The notes below the pieces were generated by a model, which saw only the letters and a list, made by a program, of their open reading frames with translations, was not told the DNA's origin and ran no database searches. A program made the translations under genes and the position numbers. A stretch of 64,000 nt of DNA. Source: an uncultured cyanobacterium (GTDB taxonomy: Bacteria; Cyanobacteriota; Cyanobacteriia; Pseudanabaenales; Pseudanabaenaceae). Positions 21,958-32,150 of this stretch are shown one piece after another. The DNA lies in contig OY969811.1 of NCBI GenBank assembly GCA_963703315.1, forward strand, positions 2,112,001 to 2,176,000, in the 5' to 3' direction. Each line of letters opens with the position of its first letter. Positions within the stretch are counted from its first letter, which is position 1.

Positions 21958-23436
21958 CTAGAAAACGGGTTTGTGAATTACGAATAGCCCGATCGCATAC
22001 GTTCCAAAGCCCAACAAAATGCAACAGGGCAAAGTTAACACCCAAGCTAGTAAAAGATTTTTTAAGGTATTCATCTGTAAACCTGAGCGATTGGCGACCA
22101 TTGAACCTGCGATTCCTGAAGAAAGGATATGCGTGGTGCTAACGGGTAAGCCAAAGTAATCGGCGGCGCTGATCGTCGTCATGGTCACTAATTCGGCAGT
22201 CGCACCTTGAGCATAGTTAAGATGTTCTTTGCCAATCTTTTCTCCTACAGTGACAACAACACGCTTCCATCCAATCATTGTTCCTAAACCTAGCGCAAGC
22301 GCAATGGATATCTTCACCCAATAGGGAATAAATTTGATGATTTGATCTAATTGATTTCGATAGTCAATCAATAGGTTGTCTTGCTCAATATTAGTTAATT
22401 GATGTTGTTTTTCTAATTTTGTAATCGCACTAGCGACCAGATAAAGATCATTTCTAATTTGACGGCGATCGCTCTCTAATACATCCCCAAAACTACGATT
22501 ATTTGCCAATTTTTCGGCAATGATCTGACTTTCCGTGATGAGCGATCGCCAAGTATTTTCGCTGACCTGACCCTGCGGCTGTAAAAATCTTGTAAGTTCT
22601 CCCAAGCTATTTTCTAAGGATAGCTCAGGGATATTCGGGATATTAATTTGTTGTGCGAATACAGGAATTACGGCATTGGATGTGGCGACTAATTGGGCGA
22701 TCGCTTGAGGACTAGCATCTAGATTTAGGGCAAAGGTACTTGGCAAAATTCCCACCAAGATCAATAACATTAAACCCATGCCCTTTTGTCCATCATTAGA
22801 GCCGTGAGCAAAGCTAACCCCCGTACAGGTCAAAACCAACAAAGCGCGAACCCAAAAAGAAGGAACGTTTTCTTCAGGAGCCGTAAAGAGTTCTTCTTGT
22901 TTCAGTAAAGCTCTAGCAATTAGAAATAAAATCGCGGCTCCACCAAATCCTGCCAATGGCGAAATCAAAAGGGAAAGCAAAATCTCTTGCATTTTGCTCC
23001 AATTGATGCCATTCCACCAATTAAGCTCAACTGTGGAATTAATGGCGGAATTGAGAAGAGAATTAGTAAGCCCAATGCCTGTAATTGCCCCGATTAAGCT
23101 ATGGGTGCTAGATACAGGCAATCCCAAATACCAAGTTCCCAAGTTCCAAATAATTGCTGAAATCAACAAAGCCAAGATCATGACTGTGCTTTGGGTTGAA
23201 GATGCATCAGTCAGTAGCTCCACAGGCAAGAGCGCAATAATCGCAAAAGCGACTGTACCACTAGAAGTCAGTACTCCCAACAAGTTAAAAATTCCTGACC
23301 AAACCACCGCATAAACTGGTTTAAGCGTATTCGTATAAATGACTGTAGCCACAGCGTTAGCCGTGTCATGGAACCCATTTACAAACTCAAAGCCAAGTAC
23401 TAAAGCGATCGCGACACCTAAAAAAAGATGTTCCAT
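21958..23436 (-). CDS. pitA: Inorganic phosphate transporter (PiT family)
   Basis: NGFHDTANAVAT, PVSSTH, HGSNDGQK, PVSTTH; start moved to ATG 23436 (MEHLF), which has an upstream AAGGAAGGAAG RBS. Confidence 0.9.
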   Translation of the reverse strand: MEHLFLGVAIALVLGFEFVNGFHDTANAVATVIYTNTLKPVYAVVWSGIFNLLGVLTSSGTVAFAIIALLPVELLTDASSTQSTVMILALLISAIIWNLGTWYLGLPVSSTHSLIGAITGIGLTNSLLNSAINSTVELNWWNGINWSKMQEILLSLLISPLAGFGGAAILFLIARALLKQEELFTAPEENVPSFWVRALLVLTCTGVSFAHGSNDGQKGMGLMLLILVGILPSTFALNLDASPQAIAQLVATSNAVIPVFAQQINIPNIPELSLENSLGELTRFLQPQGQVSENTWRSLITESQIIAEKLANNRSFGDVLESDRRQIRNDLYLVASAITKLEKQHQLTNIEQDNLLIDYRNQLDQIIKFIPYWVKISIALALGLGTMIGWKRVVVTVGEKIGKEHLNYAQGATAELVTMTTISAADYFGLPVSTTHILSSGIAGSMVANRSGLQMNTLKNLLLAWVLTLPCCILLGFGTYAIGLFVIHKPVF

Positions 23437-23443
23437 TTCTAAA

Positions 23444-23563
23444 TTAATCTTCCTTCCTTTCGATAGATCGCCACCAGCGACTGCTCTAAATCTAAAACTT
23501 TTCACTTCGTGAAAAGTTTTAGATTTAATCTTCCTTCCTTTCGATAGATCGCCACCAACGACT
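23444..23563. repeat. 39-bp direct repeat (mreD 3' end duplicated) flanking an 18-bp-stem hairpin
   Basis: 23444-23482 vs 23525-23563 with one mismatch; hairpin 23488-23526. Confidence 0.85.
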
Positions 23564-24073
23564 AAGGGGAAAATAAATTGCGGGTGACCATAAACTACTC
23601 AAAATTGCTGAACTTAAAGCAATCCGTTGCTGTAAAGTCCAGACATTATCCATGCTAGCTCCCATGACAGTCAGTTGCACCGCGTGCATGGTCTCAACGA
23701 TCACCGCCATTCCAAAGACGATCAGAGCGATCGAAACAAAGTCCTCTTGCATATATCTTTGCTTTTGCAAAAGCGACGTAATCCCACCAGCGATCGCCAA
23801 GCCTAGTACATGAGTCGGCGAAACACTTACACCCGTAACCGTCGTCATCCCATCTTGCACCATTCCCAGCGCAATGCCGACCATTACTGCTAGCACCACA
23901 GGACGATTAACACTCCATGCTACTAACCAAATCAATAACCAATTTGGAGCAATTCCCATCAGAGTCATTCCGGGGAATCTGGTATACATAGCTAAGATGC
24001 AGATCAGTAGTGACCCAATAGTTACAGTCCAATTTAAAAGTTTTCTTGATAGAGGAACTTTGCGATCGAGCAT
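23525..24073 (-). CDS. mreD: Rod shape-determining protein MreD
   Basis: Polytopic membrane protein with PNWLLIWLVAWS, directly downstream of mreC. Confidence 0.9.
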   Translation of the reverse strand: MLDRKVPLSRKLLNWTVTIGSLLICILAMYTRFPGMTLMGIAPNWLLIWLVAWSVNRPVVLAVMVGIALGMVQDGMTTVTGVSVSPTHVLGLAIAGGITSLLQKQRYMQEDFVSIALIVFGMAVIVETMHAVQLTVMGASMDNVWTLQQRIALSSAILSSLWSPAIYFPLSRWWRSIERKED

Positions 24074-24151
24074 TTACACAGATTTACCAAATTGAGTTAT
24101 TAGTATATGTAAACAAGAGACCACGCAAAGCGTGGTCTCTTGTTTACAATT

Positions 24152-24898
24152 TTATAGCTTCTCTTTAAAAGGATATACCTTCACATATTCCAATAAACCG
24201 AGTGGAGTTGAAAACTCTACGATCGCCTCAGGAGAAGGTTGCTTATCAAGATTGATCGACTTAATGCGCCCTACAGGAATATTTTCAGGAAACAGGGTAC
24301 TAAACTGCGAAGTATGGATAATGTCACCAACCTTTGCATCGGGATCTCGCTCAAAAAATTCGAGTATGGCAGTATTTTGGCTTTGTCCCTTGAGCATTCC
24401 ACTAAAGCGACTACGACTAACCACCACCCCGACCTGACTATTAGGATCGCTGACCAACAAAATTTGACTACTATGGGGAGAAACATGGGTAACTCGACCA
24501 ACTAATCCACCAGGGGCAACCACAACAGCACCTGCGGCAATCCCATCATTGCTACCCTTACCAATTAGGATCTGATTCCACCAAGAGTCTGCCCCACGAC
24601 CAATCACAGTTGCCCAAATACTAGGATCGTTAGGACTGACTTTTACCTTCAATAGTTCTTTCATGCGGAGATTCTGAGACTCTAGCTCAGTCAAGCGATA
24701 ACGCAATTCTCGCACTTCAGCATCTTGTAACAACTCTTGCTTCGATATGCTGGACTGAAAAGGACGACTGAGAAACTGATAAGTTTCCATAATCGCCACA
24801 CCCTGAGTCTGGCGGATAAACCAAGCTAAGCCAATGCCAGCAGTAACAACAACAGTTTGAAAGCTATATCGCTCCCACCAACTACGGATTGAGTCCAT
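24152..24898 (-). CDS. mreC: Rod shape-determining protein MreC
   Basis: Coiled coil followed by VIGR..WW..I.IGKGS.DGI and GGLVGRV; operon context. Confidence 0.93.
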   Translation of the reverse strand: MDSIRSWWERYSFQTVVVTAGIGLAWFIRQTQGVAIMETYQFLSRPFQSSISKQELLQDAEVRELRYRLTELESQNLRMKELLKVKVSPNDPSIWATVIGRGADSWWNQILIGKGSNDGIAAGAVVVAPGGLVGRVTHVSPHSSQILLVSDPNSQVGVVVSRSRFSGMLKGQSQNTAILEFFERDPDAKVGDIIHTSQFSTLFPENIPVGRIKSINLDKQPSPEAIVEFSTPLGLLEYVKVYPFKEKL

Positions 24899-24909
24899 GA
24901 AAAATTTAC

Positions 24910-25935
24910 CTATAAACTTTTCAAGCGGCTGGTTAATACACGACCTAGATTCTTGTAGTCTTCTAATACACGACCTGCCCCGATAACCACACAGTTAAGT
25001 GGCGCAGGGGCAATATGCGTAACGATTCCTGTTTCATGACTGATGAGGGTATCAATGCCATTGAGCATTGCGCCACCACCAGCTAGCATGATGCCGCGAT
25101 CGATAATATCGGCTGCGAGTTCAGGAGGAGTACGCTCTAGGGTACGTTTTACCGCTTCAATAATTACTGATAGTGGCTCACTCATACTTTCACGAATCTC
25201 TGAAGATTTCACAGTGACTGTACGAGGTAAACCTGACAATAGGTGTAAGCCTCTTACTTCCATCGAAGTTTCTTCTTTGATCGGATAAGCAGATCCAATT
25301 TTGATTTTAATTTCTTCAGAAGTACGTTCCCCGACAACGAGGTTATGCACAGTTTTCATGTACTTCATGATCGCTTCGCTGAGTTCGTCACCTGCAACAC
25401 GCACAGATTCACTCAGGACAATGCCTTGTAAACTCATAACCGCAACTTCGGTAGTACCGCCACCAATATCGATGATCATGTTGCCTGTTGCTTCAGTTAC
25501 AGGTAGCCCTGCGCCGATCGCGGCAGCAATGGGTTCATCGATGGGGTAAACTTCACTAGCTCCAGCACGACGCGCTGCATCCATGACGGCACGCCATTCT
25601 ACACCTGTAACGCCGCTTGGAATACCGATCGCAATTCGTGGATTAAAAACACCTTTTTTGACTTTTTGAATGAAGGAACGGAGCATTAGCTCAGCAGAGT
25701 CAAAGTCAGCAATCACACCATCCTTGAGAGGACGCACAGCAATGATGTCCCCTGGGGTGCGCCCAATCATCTTATTGGCTTCATCTCCAACTGCATAGGC
25801 GGTCTTGTCTCGTTGGTCGATCGCAACCACAGATGGCTCTTGCAAAACGATACCTTCACCAGACACATAAATAAGTGTGTTGGCAGTACCGAGATCAATA
25901 CCGATGTCTTTCGTAAAATGGCGTAAAAAACCCAC
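24910..25935 (-). CDS. mreB: Rod shape-determining protein MreB
   Basis: GIDLGTANT, DIGGGTTEVA, LAGGGA actin-like motifs. Confidence 0.98.
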   Translation of the reverse strand: MGFLRHFTKDIGIDLGTANTLIYVSGEGIVLQEPSVVAIDQRDKTAYAVGDEANKMIGRTPGDIIAVRPLKDGVIADFDSAELMLRSFIQKVKKGVFNPRIAIGIPSGVTGVEWRAVMDAARRAGASEVYPIDEPIAAAIGAGLPVTEATGNMIIDIGGGTTEVAVMSLQGIVLSESVRVAGDELSEAIMKYMKTVHNLVVGERTSEEIKIKIGSAYPIKEETSMEVRGLHLLSGLPRTVTVKSSEIRESMSEPLSVIIEAVKRTLERTPPELAADIIDRGIMLAGGGAMLNGIDTLISHETGIVTHIAPAPLNCVVIGAGRVLEDYKNLGRVLTSRLKSL

Positions 25936-26163
25936 AGCAAACTCTTCCAGTGGTCAAACTAGCTATACCGCCTTAACATTTTATTACGATTGTTGTCACT
26001 TAGTCTACCCTTCTTAACTATTCCGAAAGTCTTATGTTTGCAAAAACAACAAGAGATGGGCGGTGCGAAGCGCCGCCCATCTCTTGTCCGCGACATTACG
26101 CGACATTAAAGTTTGCGATATGATTAGTATCATTAAAGACTTGTAACAATTGATAATTATCCA

Positions 26164-26607
26164 ATGAGTGATTGGCTAGAACATACCGTCCAAACTGAAG
26201 TTGCGATTCCTGTCGAATACGCATGGTCGTTGTGGTCAGACTTGCGAGCAATGCCCCGTTGGATGAAGTGGATTGACTCTGTAGTAATTACAGAAGACCC
26301 TGAAATATCAGCTTGGAAGCTTGGCACAAACGGCTTAACTTTTACTTGGAAATCTCGGATTCTTAAGCAAATTCCCAATCAAATTATGCAATGGGAGTCA
26401 ATTGGCGGCTTACCTAATCGGGGAGCCGTGCGCTTTTATGGTCGCCCCAATAATGTAACCATCGTGAAATTAAGTATTGCTTACGTGATGCCTGCGATCG
26501 GGCAGCTTATGGACAATTTGTTTTTAGGAAAACTAGTGGAATCAACTCTACAAGAAGATTTAGAGAGATTTCGCGTTTATGCCCAAGCAGATTTTGCAAA
26601 GGACTAA
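26164..26607 (+). CDS. SRPBCC/polyketide cyclase family protein
   Basis: MSDWLEHTVQ, MPRWMKWIDSV, GLPNRGAVRFY typical of the cyanobacterial family. Confidence 0.85.
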   Translation: MSDWLEHTVQTEVAIPVEYAWSLWSDLRAMPRWMKWIDSVVITEDPEISAWKLGTNGLTFTWKSRILKQIPNQIMQWESIGGLPNRGAVRFYGRPNNVTIVKLSIAYVMPAIGQLMDNLFLGKLVESTLQEDLERFRVYAQADFAKD

Positions 26608-26653
26608 AAATAGAGTCGGCGCAAAGCGCCGACTCTATTTTTAAAGTATCGAT

Positions 26654-27115
26654 TTAAAAGATCGATCGCTGACCTTCAGGACTGACCCCTATAATCGTGA
26701 GTTGGCAGTCTAGCACCGAGAATCCGTACTTATCAGCTACTTTTTTGCTAATCGTGAGAATCTGATCATTTTTGAACTCGATCACACGATTGGTTTTGAC
26801 GCAGACCAAATGGTGGTGATGATGTGGCTTGGGCTGATTGATTTCATAATGTTTATGATCTTCGGTAAGTTCTAGCTCACGCAAAATCCCCATGCGTGCC
26901 ATCATTTTGACAGTACGGTAAATTGTCGAAAGGCTAATATTTTCCCCTTGCTCCTTAAGACGCTCGTATAAATCTTCAGCACTAAGATGCTGACCTTCGG
27001 GCAAGGTTTGAAATGTATTTAAAATTACCTCTCGTTGCGGGGTCATGCGGCAACCCTTAGAGTTGAGTTCAGCCTTGAGTGATTCAGGTGAATAGGTGGT
27101 CTCCGCAGAAGTCAT
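26654..27115 (-). CDS. fur: Ferric uptake regulator (FurA-like)
   Basis: RMTPQRE, HLSAEDLY, SLSTIYRT, HHHHHL; start moved to ATG 27115 because the longer ORF runs through a palindrome. Confidence 0.93.
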   Translation of the reverse strand: MTSAETTYSPESLKAELNSKGCRMTPQREVILNTFQTLPEGQHLSAEDLYERLKEQGENISLSTIYRTVKMMARMGILRELELTEDHKHYEINQPKPHHHHHLVCVKTNRVIEFKNDQILTISKKVADKYGFSVLDCQLTIIGVSPEGQRSIF

Positions 27116-27289
27116 GGCATTATCAATAACGCTAGCTTCTTGAGAATAACATAAAAGGCATATAGCATTTTTCAATCTATTGATAGCGGCGCGAAGCGCC
27201 GCTATCAATCTTTTGGGTTTTGATCCTCACTCGGCGATACTTTTGTGCTATGGTTAGCAACCTGTCTCAATCTAAAAAACTATTAAGCC

Positions 27290-28489
27290 ATGACATCGTT
27301 GCCCCGTGCGATTATTCATCGTAAAAAAGTCGATGCGGTTCAGCGTTTTCATCCTTGGATTTTTTCGGGGGCGATCGCCAAAATTCAAGGTGAAGTCCAT
27401 GATGGCGATCTAGTTGAAGCCTATAGTGAAGATGGCAAGTTTTTAGCGATCGGTCTATGGGGCATGGGCAGTATTGCGATCAAAGTTTTGTCTTTTCAGC
27501 AAGTAGAGACAATTCAACAGTTATTAAGCGATCGCCTCAAGCAAGCTTTTACGCTGAGAAAACAACTGGGGTTAATCGACAATCCAGATACTAATTGCTA
27601 TCGGTTGATTAATTCGGAAGGGGATGGTTTAGCAGGTTTAATCATTGATGTGTATGGTAGTACGGCAGTTTTACAATGCCACTCTTTGGGAACCTATCGC
27701 TATCGTCAGGAAATTGCGGAAATACTTAAAGATATCTATGGCGATCGCCTACAAGCAGTTTATGACAAAAGCTCAGCCACTCTTTCTCGCAAATCACAAA
27801 CCCAGTCTCAGGATGGGCTATTGATCGGTGAAAAATCAAATGATAGTGCCGAAGTTTTAGAATATGGGCATCGCTTTATAGTTGATTGGGAGAGAGGACA
27901 AAAGACAGGCTTTTTCTTAGATCAACGCGAAAATCGGCGCTTGTTTGGCAAGTATGCAACAGGCAAAAAAGTTTTAAATACCTTCTGCTATTCAGGCGGA
28001 TTTTCAGTTTATGCAGTGGCGGCAGGGGCGCAGGAAGTGCATTCAATTGATAGCTCTGTGAAGGCGATGGAATGGACAGATCGCAATATTGCGGCAAATT
28101 TTGATGCTGAGCGGCAGGCGACCCATACTTCCTTTACAGGCGATGTGTTTGATTTTCTGAAGCAATGCGATCGCGACTACGATGCGATCGTGCTTGATCC
28201 ACCTGCGTTTGCCAAGAGTCTATCGGCACGACATTCGGCGATGCAAGCTTATAAGCGCTTGAATTTACAGGCAATGTCTAAGTTAAAAAGCGGTGGTTTA
28301 TTATTTACGTTCTCCTGTTCACAGGTGGTAAATGTAGAGAACTTTACAGGGGCAGTCACCGCAGCAGCGATCGAGTCAGGACGCACCATTCAAGTTTTAC
28401 ATCATCTAACCCATCCACCTGATCATCCTACCAGTATTTTTCATCCTGAAGGTTCATATCTCAAGGGCTTAGTCTTGAGTGTTGTATAG
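27290..28489 (+). CDS. rlmI: RlmI-like SAM-dependent 23S rRNA methyltransferase
   Basis: HPWIFSGA, GQKTGFFLDQRENR, VLDPPAF, FSCS, YLKG. Confidence 0.85.
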   Translation: MTSLPRAIIHRKKVDAVQRFHPWIFSGAIAKIQGEVHDGDLVEAYSEDGKFLAIGLWGMGSIAIKVLSFQQVETIQQLLSDRLKQAFTLRKQLGLIDNPDTNCYRLINSEGDGLAGLIIDVYGSTAVLQCHSLGTYRYRQEIAEILKDIYGDRLQAVYDKSSATLSRKSQTQSQDGLLIGEKSNDSAEVLEYGHRFIVDWERGQKTGFFLDQRENRRLFGKYATGKKVLNTFCYSGGFSVYAVAAGAQEVHSIDSSVKAMEWTDRNIAANFDAERQATHTSFTGDVFDFLKQCDRDYDAIVLDPPAFAKSLSARHSAMQAYKRLNLQAMSKLKSGGLLFTFSCSQVVNVENFTGAVTAAAIESGRTIQVLHHLTHPPDHPTSIFHPEGSYLKGLVLSVV

Positions 28490-28525
28490 CCTAGAGTGGC
28501 GGTGCGAAGCGCCGCCACTCATCTA

Positions 28526-30139
28526 TTAGGATTTTGTACAGCGTACAGTAGATAGAAGTCCATATTCTAAGCCTTCGACAAGGGCTTTGCACGAAGCATC
28601 AATAATATTGTTGGATACACCAGCCGTTGACCAGCGTCTTTTACCATTGCTGAATTCAATCAATACTCTCGTAGTTGCCTGAGTACCTGAGTCGCTATTG
28701 AGAATCCGTACTTTGTAATCAGTGAGATAGAAATTCGCAATTTCAGGATAGAAGTTAATCAAGGCTTTACGAAGGGCAAGATCGAGGGCAGCAACAGGTC
28801 CATTACCTTCGGCGGCAGTGAGATGTTCTTCATCTTTGACGATCACTTTGACAGTGGCTTGAGAATTTACGCCTCCATCAATATGGGTTGCATCAGTGGT
28901 GCAGTACACGTGGAAACTGCTAATCGCAAAAAACTTAGGGCGATCGCCTAGTGCCTCGCGTACTAGCAATTCAAAACTTGCTTCTGCCGACTCAAATTGA
29001 TAACCGAGTTGTTCTAGTTCTTTAGTCTTTTGCAAAATTTGCCGACAAGCGGAATCCTCTTTGCGAAGACAAATACCGAAGGTTTCGACTTTCGAGATCA
29101 CATTGCTGAGTCCTGCTTGCTCAGAGATGACAATGCGGCGGTTATTGCCAATACTTTCAGGAGTAATATGCTCGTAGGTGAGAGGATTGCGCTGCACTGC
29201 ACTGACATGGATACCTCCCTTATGGGCAAAGGCGGAAGCACCGACAAAGGGCGCATGGTCGTCGGGGGCAAGATTAACGATTTCACTAACTTGACGGGAA
29301 ACTTCGGTGAGTTGCGGTAGTTTTTCGGGCGCAATACATTCATAACCCATTTTCAGTTGCAGATTGGGAATCACAGTGCAGAGATTGGCATTTCCACAGC
29401 GTTCACCATAGCCATTAATTGTGCCTTGTACCATCGTTGCGCCATGCTGAACAGAGGCGATCGCATTGGCAACGGCTAAACCTGCATCGTTATGGGTATG
29501 AATGCCAATTTGCGGTAATTCCCCATTGCTCCATTGACTGAGCGAGTGATAGACAACCTTCGTAATCTTGGCAATCTCATCGGGCAATGTACCGCCATTG
29601 GTATCACAAAGGACGAACCATTCGGCTCCTGCATCAAAGGCGGCTTTTAAGGTTTGGAGGGCATAGTCGGGATTGTTTTTATAGCCATCAAACCAATGTT
29701 CAGCATCATAGATGACGCGGCGATCGCAACTTTTGAGATAGGCGATCGTATCACTGATCATCGCCAGATTTTCTTCAAGCGTTGTTCGCAAACCCTCAAT
29801 CACATGAAGATCCCAAGATTTGCCAAAAATGGTAATCCATTTAGTTTCAGCCGCGATTATAGGTACAAGCATTGGATCATCCTGAGCTTTGATCCCTGCG
29901 CGTCTCGTGGAACAAAAAACCACTAGTTCGGCATTACTAAGACGATATTCTTGCATTCGCCGAAAAAATTCGCCATCCTTAGGATTCGCACCTGCCCAGC
30001 CACCTTCGATAAAGGCGACTCCCATGCGATCAAGGCGATCGGCAATTCGCACTTTATCTTCCACTGACAGTGACAAACCTTCGCGCTGTGTACCATCACG
30101 AAGCGTCGTGTCGTAAATCAAGATGTTTTGATTTCCCAT
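28526..30139 (-). CDS. cimA: Citramalate synthase
   Basis: YDTTLRDGTQREG, FGKSWDLHV, DAEHWFDGYK, HKGGIHVSA, GNGPV. Confidence 0.92.
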   Translation of the reverse strand: MGNQNILIYDTTLRDGTQREGLSLSVEDKVRIADRLDRMGVAFIEGGWAGANPKDGEFFRRMQEYRLSNAELVVFCSTRRAGIKAQDDPMLVPIIAAETKWITIFGKSWDLHVIEGLRTTLEENLAMISDTIAYLKSCDRRVIYDAEHWFDGYKNNPDYALQTLKAAFDAGAEWFVLCDTNGGTLPDEIAKITKVVYHSLSQWSNGELPQIGIHTHNDAGLAVANAIASVQHGATMVQGTINGYGERCGNANLCTVIPNLQLKMGYECIAPEKLPQLTEVSRQVSEIVNLAPDDHAPFVGASAFAHKGGIHVSAVQRNPLTYEHITPESIGNNRRIVISEQAGLSNVISKVETFGICLRKEDSACRQILQKTKELEQLGYQFESAEASFELLVREALGDRPKFFAISSFHVYCTTDATHIDGGVNSQATVKVIVKDEEHLTAAEGNGPVAALDLALRKALINFYPEIANFYLTDYKVRILNSDSGTQATTRVLIEFSNGKRRWSTAGVSNNIIDASCKALVEGLEYGLLSTVRCTKS

Positions 30140-30191
30140 CTTTAGTCCTAAAACTTTTATCTAAACCGATTTTCATCGCGCAAATTGTTGC

Positions 30192-31046
30192 TTATTTACC
30201 CATAGCCTTAACTAGGAAAATGCCACCAAAGTACAAAAGCCCCACTGCTCCCGCTAGCAAACTTTGAGTCATGGGATCGGTGGATGGCGTTAGCACTGCG
30301 CCAAGAATCACTGCCCCAAGCACCACATAGCGCCAACCCGCCAGCATTCTCTTAGAGTTGACAATGCCTGTCATTGCCAATAAAGCCTGAATCACAGGAA
30401 TCTGAAAGGCTAACCCTGTACTAAATAGTAGTAATAAAACAAACTCGAAATAGCGATCGATTGACCAAAACTGCTCGACGACATCACCGCCATAGCTAAT
30501 GAAGAAATTGAGGGCGGCGGGGATCAGTAACTCGTAAGCAAATACAATTCCTAAAACAAACAAAATGCTAGAGCCAAACACAATTGGCGCGATCGCTCGT
30601 TTTTCTTTGCGAGTGAGTCCCGGTAAGATAAATCGCACAATTTGATACAAAATCGCAGGGCTAGCAACTAGTAAACCACTGTAACCAGCGACCTTGATCG
30701 ATACAAAAAAGTATTCCCCTGGTGCAAGCTGCAAAAATTTCACTCCTTGAGCAGGAATTTCCAATAACGCCACAATTTTATTAACTACGGCAAAGCAGCC
30801 AATGATGCCAACAAAGATCGCAATTAAGGCGTAGAAAATCCGCGATCGCAGTTCCTCTAAATGGTCAAATAGAGACATCTCCACATCATCAATTGCTTCT
30901 TCAGGCTCGTTGTCAACAACTGGGGGATCAATAGGGCTATCAACCACAGCGATCGCTGCATCATTATTGACTGGATTTACTAGCTCAATAGCTTGCTCAT
31001 CCGAAACATCCTTTGGTTGATCTGCTTCACTTACCGTCTCTAGCAT
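30192..31046 (-). CDS. tatC: Twin-arginine translocase subunit TatC
   Basis: [29 protein letters not shown]. Confidence 0.96.
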   Translation of the reverse strand: MLETVSEADQPKDVSDEQAIELVNPVNNDAAIAVVDSPIDPPVVDNEPEEAIDDVEMSLFDHLEELRSRIFYALIAIFVGIIGCFAVVNKIVALLEIPAQGVKFLQLAPGEYFFVSIKVAGYSGLLVASPAILYQIVRFILPGLTRKEKRAIAPIVFGSSILFVLGIVFAYELLIPAALNFFISYGGDVVEQFWSIDRYFEFVLLLLFSTGLAFQIPVIQALLAMTGIVNSKRMLAGWRYVVLGAVILGAVLTPSTDPMTQSLLAGAVGLLYFGGIFLVKAMGK

Positions 31047-31188
31047 GGTGTCGTTACTTAACCCAATTGTTTAACAAACTATCAAATAATCGAACTATAT
31101 CGCTACTATAGCAACCAAAATCAGCAAAATTCCAAAAGCAGAGATAGAGCTAAGTGCTACTTGCACTTTTTACAGCGCTTTGCGCTCA

Positions 31189-31386
31189 AACCGAAACAAA
31201 AGAATTTTCATGAAAATTCTTTTGTTTCGGTTGATTTGCAAGTGATTTATATAGCTGTAGCCTATCATGTCAAAACCCAAAAGAGAGTGGCGGCGCAAAG
31301 CACCACCACTCTCTTTTAGTGATGTGCGACGAATCCTCTTACTAGTAAAAGATTAGGGGGGCGGCGCGAAGCGCCGCCCCCCTAAT
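31189..31386. repeat. Intergenic cluster: 44-bp perfect palindrome, family C-like element end, GCGAAGC palindrome
   Basis: 31189-31232 perfect; TATAGCTGTAGCC at 31250; hairpins 31280-31317 and 31352-31386. Confidence 0.65.
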
Positions 31387-31577
31387 TCTTGGTTTTTAAT
31401 GTCTATTTTGATAGTGGGAAGGGGGTATCACTAATGATTTGGGAAAGAATATGTAAACTTTCTGACATTTAACCGCAAGGCTTAGATAGTAATGTTAGTC
31501 TGAGTATAACTTTGGGTAGATACATCATGTTGCCGTTCATCATGTAAAAACTATATAAAATTTCAGGAAAACTCAAA

Positions 31578-31973
31578 ATGGCTTCATCCAAAATCTGGGG
31601 TTTATTAGCAATTTCAGGTAGTGTATTCGCTTCAAATATTGATTATCTCAATGCCCAAATCCAAATGGGGGGCGGTCAATCCAATGCATTATCACCTGCT
31701 CAGCAAATTTTAGTAGATATGCAACAAAGTAATGCACCTGCTGTGGGTGGGGGAAGTATGCATTTACTGCGCTTCACAGGTAATAATGTTTCGTTTGCTC
31801 CCTTAGAAGGTTTAGACCGATTGTTCAATTGGCAACCTTCTGAAGATACAGGCATGACGGCTGAAAAAACTATGGGCGATCGCGTTGAGAAGTTTAAACG
31901 CAATCAGCGTCAGCAGATAGTTTCTGATAGCCAAATGTTTGAAGCGATCAATCGCATTAATAGCAACAACTAA
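31578..31973 (+). CDS. Hypothetical exported protein
   Basis: 131-aa ORF with signal-peptide-like N-terminus; AGGA RBS; terminator hairpin at 31988-32024. Confidence 0.65.
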   Translation: MASSKIWGLLAISGSVFASNIDYLNAQIQMGGGQSNALSPAQQILVDMQQSNAPAVGGGSMHLLRFTGNNVSFAPLEGLDRLFNWQPSEDTGMTAEKTMGDRVEKFKRNQRQQIVSDSQMFEAINRINSNN

Positions 31974-32150
31974 CAGCAGTTTTCTGATAAATAAAAAAGG
32001 GCGCAATGCGCCCTTTTTTATTTATAGCAGCGATTGTATTCCCGCCTTCGGCGGGAATACAATCGCTGCTATAAGATAACCTTCTATTAATGTTCGTGGG
32101 TTATGATTAATATTTTTGCAAACATACCAGTTTGAGAAAGTGAATAAAGA

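Noticed and set aside
23437..23505. N-terminal extension of the PiT ORF (MKSFRFRAVAGG...)
   Set aside because: It is read through the hairpin and the duplicated mreD tail; ATG 23436 has a good RBS.
27116..27208. N-terminal extension of fur
   Set aside because: It starts inside a palindromic repeat; Fur homology begins after ATG 27115.
26142..31466. NtcA boxes at about 26143 (GTA-N8-TAA) and 31453 (GTA-N8-GAC)
   Set aside because: Imperfect matches in AT-rich DNA are expected by chance.
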